Below are positions 55,201-64,000 of a DNA stretch of 64,000 bases, in pieces. The notes under the pieces were generated by a model. It saw only the letters and a list, made by a program, of their open reading frames with translations, searched no databases and was not told where the DNA came from. The number at the start of each line of letters is the position of its first letter. Positions within the stretch are counted from its first letter, which is position 1. Location of the stretch: contig CM074511.1 of assembly GCA_037379345.1 (NCBI GenBank), positions 63,804,862 through 63,868,861 on the forward strand, in the 5' to 3' direction. The position numbers were made by a program, and so were the translations under genes. This stretch comes from Perna viridis (lineage: Eukaryota).

Positions 55201-58200
55201 TCTCCTCCTTTTTTCTACTTCTTAAAAAAAATTTGAACAATATACAAATCCCCTCCTTTCTTGTTTTTCTGTCATTAAATATGTATTACTAGTACCCTAA
55301 ATTTAGATCATTTATATTGCAGTCCTACACAAAAATTTCATCAAATGATCTATTGTCTAGTTTAAGGAACTCTGTTTACAAAACATGATAATTAAAACCT
55401 TTATCTTTTCTAACAGGGATCTAACAATAAGTATCTTTCTTCCTGATGTCTATCCTTCCTATACAAGTTATATCTTAATTAGAATCCTTTAAGCACTTAA
55501 AAGAGGTGCTGAAAGACAAATGAACAGACAGACAGAAAGGGTGATTCTTCTATTTTCCCCAAATTATGTTTGATATGTACTTGAAAATGCATAACTATCT
55601 CTTTTTCAAGTAATCATTAAACGACTACTGCAGCCATACTGTGCATTTCAGAACAGGAACACTGTGCCATAATCAGTTGATTAATACCTTGTTTGTACTA
55701 GACTAACACCCTTTATACCTCGATTTGTAACATACTAATGGAGACTAAAGCACATTGACAGTCAATAGTACATTTTCTTACAATTCAATGCAAACTGTTA
55801 AGACTGCAAAGCAGTTACTTAAAATTAAATGTCTTTGTTGTGCACTGGTGGTACAGTCTTTGTGGCTCAGATGCTGAGGACTGGTGGTACAGACTTTGTG
55901 GTTCAGATGCTGAGGACTTGTGGTACAGTCTTTGTGACTTAGATTCTGAGGACTGGTGGTACAGACTTTGTGGCTCTGATGCTGAGGACTTTTGGTACAG
56001 TCTTTGTGACTCAGATGCTGAGGACTGGTGGTACAGACTTTGTGGCTCAGATGTAGAGGACTTGTGGTACAGTCTTTGTGACTTAGATGCTGAAAACTGG
56101 TGGTACAGACTTTGTGGCTCTGATGCTGAGGACTTGTGGTACAGTCTTTGTGACTCAGAAGCTGAGGACTGGTGGTACAGACTTTGAGCCTTCGGTGCTG
56201 AGGACTGGTGGTACAGACTTTGAGCCTCAGATGCCGAGGACTGATGGTACAGTCTTTGAGAATCAGAGGCTGAGGACTAATGGTAGTCTTTGTGCCTTAG
56301 CCTCTGAGGACTGGTGGTACAGTCTTTGTGCCTCAGCCTCTGAGGACTGGTGGTACAGTCTTTGTATCTCACAACTGATTTGTTTAACGTGTCATAGTTT
56401 TCCTTTCCTCTTTCATCTACCCTGGTCTTGACTTTTTATGAACAACTCAGCGGGTGTTTCTAGAAAAGCAGAGGATACTTACCCTACCTGTGCACCTGGT
56501 CCATGCTCCCAGTTTTTAGTGGAGTCTGAGTTGCTCATTTGCTTTTGTTACTTTGTATGTATGATTTTAGCTACTTTATGTTCTTTGTTGTGTATGTCTG
56601 TTTTCCATGTCTGGTCTTTGTCCCTGGATTACATTCTTTTGACTACCGCTATAACCTTGGTTCCCTTGATCACTCTCTCAGATGCTAAGGGCTGGTGGTA
56701 CTCATACCTGTACCAGAGGTAAGCAATTAACCAACAGATATGAATGCAACAATCAAGATTAAAAGTTAAAAAATAAATTACCTTCAATGTCATAAGCCTC
56801 TGCTTGTGCTCTTCATATTGGTTTACTCTGAAAATAAAACAAAAAACTTTGAAAGTATTGACTTTGAATAAAAATGATATGTGTAGTGAAATAACAAGCC
56901 TACTACATGTACCTACTTGTAAGCTATCCTATCCACCATAGTATCAAAATCCAGAGTTTCTTATCAGAATGAATGTAACAGAAGAGGTTTAAAAAATGAA
57001 TAGAAATGGGGAAAATCAGAGGTACTCTTTGGTAGTAAAATGATTGTAACTGCTTCTAAGTTGGACACACCCAATCTATTCATCCACAAGGACAAAACTA
57101 TCAAACATCTATCATTGCATGTGAAACAACAGTTTTAAACAAAACCAACATAAAACAGGCCTAAATTTGAGATTTGTGACTGCATTTAAACAAATAAGGA
57201 TTCATAGATACAAATGGATATATTCACAAACTTTAAACAACATTTAAACAATGGAGATATACAGCCAAACATAAAGAAGTATGAAGATAATTTGGACCAC
57301 AAATATTGCAAATATCAGATGTTGTATTGGTGTTAGATTACTATGTATACTAAGTAAATGAAAATGTACCAGATTCTCCACTGAAAGTTGCAAAATATTA
57401 ACTATATTTTGCATCATTTAAATTCAGAACTTTTATCCAAATCTTTAGTATTTTAAGCTTTACAAAACCACTAGAATATAAAAATTCTATATCAATAAAA
57501 ATGAAAATTTTTTAGCAAGTTAGACAAAAGTGTAAAACAGCAATTTTTAAACACAAAATCGTACTTACTTCTCAAACAAACCAGATAAAAACAGAATCAC
57601 TTTATACCCACAATCCTAACACCCTAAAATCATTCCAATCGACAGTTACCCTACAACCACATAACCACAGACACCTAAACCCTGCCTAATCAGCTGTAAA
57701 ATACTTAATTTTTATAAATTAAAATTTGATATTGGACTGGTTCCAGTGATTAGAGGGGGTTAACAGCATGAGTACCCAGATCTGATATCATTTAACGGTC
57801 ACTGCTTGGGACAATCTCATCATAGTACGATAACCTATTCATCGATTCAGCACTAATGATAGGGCTTGTAAATCATCTACCATTATACTATTTGTAAATG
57901 CTTCTACTATTGTCAAAAACATGCATCAGTATAAATATTTGTAGCAAATTTTCAACATTTTTTAAAGACCACCTGTAGTTCTAAAATGACCTTTTTGCAC
58001 CTATTTTTCCTCTCAGTTTACATTACAGCTAGCCAATAGTTCTGGGATCCTTCAAACAGTAAATGCAATATTCAAAAGGTCACAAGGGGTCAATTTTTCC
58101 CCAATAAGCATTTTTGGAAATGTTGGTGCTTCAGGACATTTTATGTTATGTTCTAATACTTACATCGAAAAATTAATATTGTAAGATTTTCAATACAAGT

Positions 58201-61200
58201 ATATTATTTATCTCCCTTATATTCTAAACTAATATATGATTAGTTTCAAAATATGTTTTTGAAGGTGGAGACACCAGTATAAATCTGAAGGCTAGAAATA
58301 TACATAGCAACTACACAGACAAAACAAAATGACACATCTCAAAACAACTCTCAAGACACATCTATTTCTCTCCTGTCAAGTTTCACTAGGATCTGTAGAG
58401 CCTGTAAAGTTTGGATGACAGGTCAATCAATAATGATTGATTTATCGACATGAGAAATATTTTACCTCTTACTTTTATTGACAGAGTAAGTCAGAGATTT
58501 GATAGTATATATTCTATTCACTTCAACATGAAAAATTATACTATAACAAACTGTGACCATCTACTGTTCCAAAGCCCGAAATGATCTCCTTCACTGGATG
58601 TGTTTACACTTTTATTAAGTAAATATTTCCTGACAATACTGTCTTACAATCATGTTATTGTTATATGCACAAAACAAGTATTATCGATAAATATTCCCTA
58701 CATTTTCTGAAAAAGGACAATGCAAGAAAATATTTTTGGTTAGTTCCACATATTCTGTAAAAAAAATTTTTTTCCAAGGTAAAAGTGTTTTTCACAAGTC
58801 CCTATTGAATATTGGGCATTTTTTCAATTGGTGTGTGAAATGTCTTTTGCACAAGTGGAAAAAGTGAAAAGATGGTGAATTTCTCTCATAAATGAAAAAA
58901 GATGTGTGGAAGTCCCTTCTTCAGAAAAACAATGTAATTTATCTATCCATAAAACACCCTCTTCATTTCCCACAACTATCATTATGAAATTATGTTGCAA
59001 AACCAATGAATTGCCTATCAATGCCCTTGTAAACATAGTTTACAACAAATGGTTCTCATGTTATATGAACTCTGAAATCTTTGAACTACCTTCGTAGGAT
59101 TAGGTCATGTGTCATGTTAGATCTGTACACTAATATCCACCTGCCATGGGTCATCTTTCAAAAAAAAGTTGTCATTACAAGAGGAAATTTGTATCTAATT
59201 TATATCCAAGATATAACAAAATTTGTGAAGGTTTTGGAACAAGTACACCCATAAAAAGCCAAAAATGTGCCTTTAAAAAAGGGTGAAGTATATTTAGTAG
59301 TGTTACAAAAGGCTGTTGATTTCATGGTATAACCATTGCTATAATTACTAATCACCTAGCTTTCCTGGCCTGTAGAGACAACTGTGATATCTTGTGTGTC
59401 TGGTAAGTAAAGGGATTCACTGAGCCATCTAACTCTGTTCCTAGAAAACAAAGTGAAGTACCTGATGAAACTCCAAAGACATTCACAAAATTTCTTATAA
59501 AAATGCTTCTTCCAGGAGATTTTGAGAAGAAAATAAGGTATCTTGCAAGAGGAAACTGTCAGTACTAAGAGGACATTTCAAGGAAATAAAAATACATAAA
59601 TCTGTTAGTAATATACTGCTACTTCTCATACATCACATATACTTCTGAAATATCTAGATCTGAAGAAAATATAATTTTTCGAAACTAGTGAAGCCCACAT
59701 GGAGCAGCAGTGTCCAAAATAAATCATGGACATTCCATTTTATCATTGTCCTTCCACAGGCTGGCCATTTATGTTGTATTGTCTTACCCAGAGTGATAGT
59801 GAGGGGTTAAATAAGGACATAAATGACCAGCACATGGTAAAACAATGATGAAATGAAGTTTCTGTGATTTATTTTGATTCAAATAGAACTAGTTTCTTCA
59901 ATTTTTTTAATAGACACAGCCTATGTGTTGTACAAAATGGTGATCATGTGCTTATCACTTTTTTACCATGGCTGTGGACTAAAGAGCTATAAAACACATC
60001 ATAATAGAACTGCCAATAAACCATAAATGGAGCCTTACCTTGGGTTTCCTTTTCTCAATGTCCAGAAATTTATTGAAACTCCATAAGTTTATACAATGCC
60101 AGATGTTTTATTACAAATGAAAAGGGTTTAAAACTGGACATCTGTGGGATAGCGTATTGATCAGAGATTTTGAAACTTTTGATGGGTAAATAAATCCAGA
60201 AAATCTAGGATTTACAATGTATTAAAAGTAAATACTCGACAGAAGTCATGGCAGATCAATGGCAGGGTACTGATTAAATTCTGACTTTTATCAACTAATT
60301 CTTTTATTCTTTTGTATTGGCTCCAGAAACTTTAAGTTGGACAATGAAAAATGGCTTTTTAATTATTTGGTTTTTGTTATATCAGGTTATTTGATGGTTG
60401 ACCAAGTTTTGAAAAGTTTAGAAAAAAATTAAAGTAGAATGATAAATTGGTTAAGTTCATCACATTCCTCAAATCAGAAGCAGAAAAAATTGCATGATTC
60501 TACATTTATTATGAATATTTCTTTTCTATTTCCACTGTAAGTTTTTTAAAACTTCCTTTAATAAACAGAAATTTCCAGTCCATTGATAGTTTTGGAGGGG
60601 TAATGGGTCATCAATTCAGTTCAAAGGTTTGAAATACAAACATATTGCAATAACTTCTGAGTTTGCAGAATTAAAATTGCATTAAATATTTCAGTAATGA
60701 TAAGGTAAATTATTAACATGTTCTCAGTAAGTTTTAAGTACCAATAAACATGAGCTAATTTCTGTCTGTATTACTTACTGCTCTACAGATATTCCTGATT
60801 TTGCTTACAGATGATATTAACTGAACTTTCTTGTTATGAGCTTATATACATAGGTTATAAAACTTTAGTTTATTGTCAGAAATTTCATTAGATTTTCTAT
60901 TTATTATGGGATATTTTCCATATTTTTTTTTAAATTAAAAAAAAACAACTAATTAACAGAAATGATCATGAATTTGTGAAAAGAACTTTTGTATGACATG
61001 GTGTCACATTCTTTACAAAAAATTTGGAGTCTTTGAACTTTTTTCAAAAATCATTTTCCCGTCAATTACCTCCCCATGAAACCCGACTTCTCAGGATGAA
61101 TGTTTGATGGTTTTATGTCATAATGCTTTTTTAATATTTTAAAAATATAGTTTTCACTTCATATCAAACATTAATAGCTCATTATTTTTACACAAACTCT

Positions 61201-63386
61201 CTATATGCAAGAAAAAATGCTTGATGTAAAAGCTAGGACCACCATCTGCAATAAGGAATACAAAAATCTAAATAACTTTTGAAAAATCAAACATAATACA
61301 ATGTTTTACAATTAATTATCCTTAATATGGACAGATACAAAAAAATTGAAACAGTACCGTGTTTTATTAGCCTAATAAGATGACAAGCTAATATCCATTC
61401 CTCTAAATCTAATACTCCATCCTTGTTCACATCCGATAAGTCCCACACCTTTGCCAAGATCTCTGGTTTTACTTTGGAAGCTTGTAACAATGGTCTAACT
61501 ACCAGAGCTAAAAAAATTGACTTCAAATTACAGAAAATGTAAACATTTTTTTATTTTGCAATGCACTACTGTTTTGTTATTTCCTACATGTTTTCAAAGT
61601 TCTTGAATAATGTCCACAAAAATGACTAAATTACCAGACAAGAAGTCCTAAAAATGTGTCCAGAAAAAACAACAAAACTGCTCCACATTTCCTAGTGTAA
61701 GCACTTATATCAAAGTCTCAGATATAAGAATGATGTTTAACTAAGAACGGACAAAATCAACAATGTCCCATAGCCTGTCCAAGATCAAAAACATGAGTTC
61801 AAGTTTATTATAAATACTCAACGCTTAGAACAGTTGACATATTTTCCCCAGGTTATGATTCAGAAGAGTAGTCAGTATCTCTGTACTTGAGATAATATGA
61901 CTTAATCAACATAAATCCAAGCCACAGAACATTTTTATCTGTTGTAAAAGCAGAGTTCATTTTTGATTTTTTTCAAGTAAATTAAGTGAGTAATACATTT
62001 TATGTCAATAAATGGATTTTTTAATCAGCACATTTTGGACAGAAATGATAATTGTTTAATCTATTTAATCAGTATCCAAACACTAAGCAACAAATCATTA
62101 TGAATCTGGACAATGGAAATGAAGGGAGCAGAAAAAATCTAATTATCACCAAAAAATAATGTTTTAAGCAAACTGTAATTTAACATTTTAACTGTGCTGA
62201 AAGAGAGATAACTCAGTTTTCTTGAAGTTAAAAATATTTTTTTTATTAATATGGTACCAACTCATAAAAAAAAGAATAAGGAGTTACCTTTTAAGACAAA
62301 AAATCTGCAAATCATGGACTTCATTAAAACAAAAATATATTACATAACAAAATTTCTTAGTTACCAATTACACTCACAAAGGGGACCAGCTAATATAAAA
62401 GACGAACACCATGACTTTTTAAAACAACAAAAAAATGTCAAGAAATTCTTGTGAAGTTTTCAGGTTAGAAAAAAGATAATTTGTTTTTCTCTCTGGGGGT
62501 ATCCAACTTTAAAAGGTTGTAAAGAATTTAATTACACATGATATGAATATGAAATTTATAAAATGCCACTGTGGTATATCAAATGCATGCAAACTCTCAA
62601 TTCAAATTTTAAAAATGTGTCAGAAAACAAAGCAAAATTAGTAGACTGATTCAGATTTAATATGATTCCTTTGAAAAACTAAGATTTTTTTTTTCCATCA
62701 CAGTTGTAAAGACTGATAAAGTGTCAGCTTGTTACACCAGGAAATAATATAACACAGTTTTAAATAAACTGAAATTTCATAAAATCAAAAAAAAACACAA
62801 CAATGAAAAAGGTCTCTTTGAAGGCTACATGGTATACTGACTGGTGCATATAGTAGTAAGGAAATTACGGTAGACATTTTGTATATCTCATATAGGGTAT
62901 CCAACTTAAAAAGTACGTTACATAAGGGCCACATTCAGGTACATGAATATTCCTCTCACAGGTAAATGTGAAAAAAAGGTTGATTGTGGAAAAACATCAT
63001 AGAACTAATGTAAACCTTTAATGACATTCAGTAAATGCAAAACATTTAATTAAGGAAATTGGATTTCCTGACAACCTTTTTCCCTCTGTATAGAAGAACT
63101 GGTTTTGTTATTCATGTTTAATTCCATTAACATTCCATAACATCTAAACATACCCTCAAGGTACCCTTTTCGGCTGCTGTCAACAGTTTGGAAGACTTTA
63201 ACATAGGCCTCCCTTTCTAGGGATGTTATAGCAGGAAGATCTATCGGTTTAGACATTTTTGGTTTAAGATTTTTGGGCAAGTCACCAGGCAGTTTTCTCC
63301 CTTTAATGACTTCCTGTATCAGATGCATGCAGAGAACAAACTCATCAACATTCAGCAGATTGTCATTGCTCACATCAGCAAGATTC
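49188..63386 (-). CDS. EH-domain (EF-hand) plus coiled-coil protein, EPS15/intersectin-related but atypical; exons (minus) 63154-63386, 61358-61507, 59356-59440, 56782-56827, 54220-54300, 53228-53452, 51393-51465, 49818-50102, 49257(or 49188)-49417; 5' part beyond the window end
   Basis: Two EH signatures: (W)NLADVSNDNLLNVDEFVLCMHLI..GRKLPGDLPKNLKP and YVKVFQTVD...LAKVWDLSDVNKDGVLDLEEWILACHLI. Downstream exons join in phase into a heptad-rich coiled coil, with single NPF and DPF motifs. Confidence 0.8.
49257..49417 (-). CDS. EH-protein exon (VKPEEYNQWLGAGWKDEE...GGRLMF); may read through to the stop at 49188
   Basis: ATTGTAG acceptor in phase 1; GTAAGT at 49256; within ORF 49188-49547. Confidence 0.65.
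49818..50102 (-). CDS. EH-protein exon (EERKKSNLSEGEEPEVHCPFKISPFD...FMKVD)
   Basis: T-run + CAG acceptor, G|GTAAGA donor, includes ORF 49783-49965. Confidence 0.8.
51393..51465 (-). CDS. EH-protein exon (RLGTKHTKATKDPDPFHQLYEQRK)
   Basis: T-run + GCAG acceptor, G|GTATGT donor. Confidence 0.8.
51587..51822. repeat. 47-bp minisatellite (AAAAACAAATCCCTAACCCCTGAAAAGAACTAGTCTTAAAGATATGG), 5 copies
   Basis: Directly visible. Confidence 0.93.
52148..52358. mobile_element. TA-target MITE (about 210 bp)
   Basis: Imperfect TIRs TACTGTGAAAGTATT / AATACTTTCACATTA and subterminal CCAATTTTTGTGG / CCACAAAAATTGG; non-coding. Confidence 0.7.
53228..53452 (-). CDS. EH-protein coiled-coil exon (CTLLQNSG...LEKLEEIVSRLKKEHEKIRQE...LLKE)
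   Basis: TTTCTAG acceptor, GAG|GTATGC donor, 75 open codons. Confidence 0.85.
54220..54300 (-). CDS. EH-protein exon (EKRKNQTLQEQKRLDLLKEKCNTETEL)
   Basis: TTTGTAG acceptor, GTAAGT donor. Confidence 0.82.
55844..56701. repeat. 36-bp minisatellite (CTGGTGGTACAGTCTTTGTGGCTCAGATGCTGAGGA), about 15 copies, with 72-bp higher-order alternation; last unit split by an insertion
   Basis: Directly visible; generates the spurious W/Y/C-rich ORFs 55840-56187 and 56087-56431. Confidence 0.93.
56372..56675 (+). mobile_element. About 300-bp interspersed element inserted inside the 36-bp minisatellite
   Basis: Interrupts a unit between TTTGTATCTCA and (T)CTCAGATGCT; CGGGTGTT..AGCAGAGGATACTTACCCT..GCACCTGGTCCA motif resembles a common bivalve retroelement end. 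Confidence 0.6.
56782..56827 (-). CDS. EH-protein exon (RVNQYEEHKQRLMTLK)
   Basis: TTTTATTTTCAG acceptor, AAG|GTAATT donor. Confidence 0.8.
59356..59440 (-). CDS. EH-protein exon (GTELDGSVNPFTYQTHKISQLSLQARKA)
   Basis: TTTTCTAG acceptor, AG|GTGATT donor, bridges phase 1 to 2. Confidence 0.75.
61358..61507 (-). CDS. EH-protein exon (LVVRPLLQASKVKPEILAKVWDLSD...IKH)
   Basis: Poly-T + AG acceptor, G|GTACTG donor, EH motif. Confidence 0.9.
63154..63386 (-). CDS. EH-protein exon (end of one EH domain, start of the next)
   Basis: TTTTTCAG acceptor, G|GTATGT donor, ORF 63050-63373. Confidence 0.9.
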
Positions 63387-64000
63387 CTGAAAAAGATTAA
63401 AACAATTTATGTATTGGTTAAAACAACCAATATTATCAATATATAAGTACCTCCTAACTGCATACCAGTACTGGTACACAACACCCATTTTTAATACACT
63501 CCATATTATTTCCAAAACACAAAATAAAGTGTTCAAGGGTAGAAGCCTTGAATTATTCATTTTTAGAGCAAAAAACTGTGGCATTTGTTTTTAATAAATG
63601 CTTTCTTCTATCCTTTGCATTATATAACTATAAATGCAAAATAATAAAAATCTGAAAATGCAAGAAATGATTACAGAGATGTCATTAGATTGACAGTACT
63701 CAAATATTTATATTGGTACTCAAAACCATATATTTTTCTTACATCAAGCAATTTTCAATTTTTAAATTCAATTTCATTTCCAAAGTGTAAATGTGCACTT
63801 TTATAGCCTAAATTGAACATTTTCCACACTCTGTCTATATCAATAAGGCTTTTACATAATACATTTCTACTCTAATAAATTTATTACTAAGAACATGCAC
63901 TTAGAAAATAGACATTAACAGAAATCCACATATCATTAAAATAACAAGTCTGTTATATCTAAACCACAACATGTGCATAAGGTATTTATAATATATTCAG

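Noticed and set aside
55840-56431. ORFs encoding WWYRLCGSDAED and RTGGTDF repeats, which look like a repetitive Trp/Cys protein
   Set aside because: These are a by-product of a 36-bp (multiple of 3) intronic minisatellite, antisense to the host gene, with no ATG start or splice support.
60039-60145. Strong minus-strand donor AAG|GTAAGG in an EH-gene intron
   Set aside because: No supported acceptor or start giving an open, phase-compatible frame was found.

Overview
AT-rich, CpG-depleted, intron-rich animal DNA, probably a bivalve mollusc (Mytilus-like; inferred from composition and repeat types). It holds three spliced protein-coding genes, reconstructed by hand from GT-AG sites and phase continuity. 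(1) The last 12 coding exons of SZT2 (KICSTOR scaffold) lie on + at 52-8060, with a likely poly(A) site near 10.5 kb. (2) A complete convergent gene on - (42149->12326, about 1283 aa) encodes a largely disordered MISP/AKAP2-like protein with seven 'ExxIxxE(I/L)RxxxEREEEL' helices, a 30-nt microexon and a probable internal alternative first exon. (3) The 3' part of an atypical EH-domain/coiled-coil gene lies on - (63386->~49188), and its 3' end is ambiguous. Introns contain a highly structured, TSD-flanked short retroposon with no tRNA head, two Helentron-associated-type elements, a TA-target MITE and several minisatellites. Two of these minisatellites are tandem amplifications of splice boundaries: eight copies of an SZT2 exon end plus 5' splice site, and three acceptor-plus-stop cassettes at the end of the EH gene. 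No rRNA, tRNA, CRISPR or prokaryotic-type system was seen. Homology calls rest on recalled motifs, not database searches.
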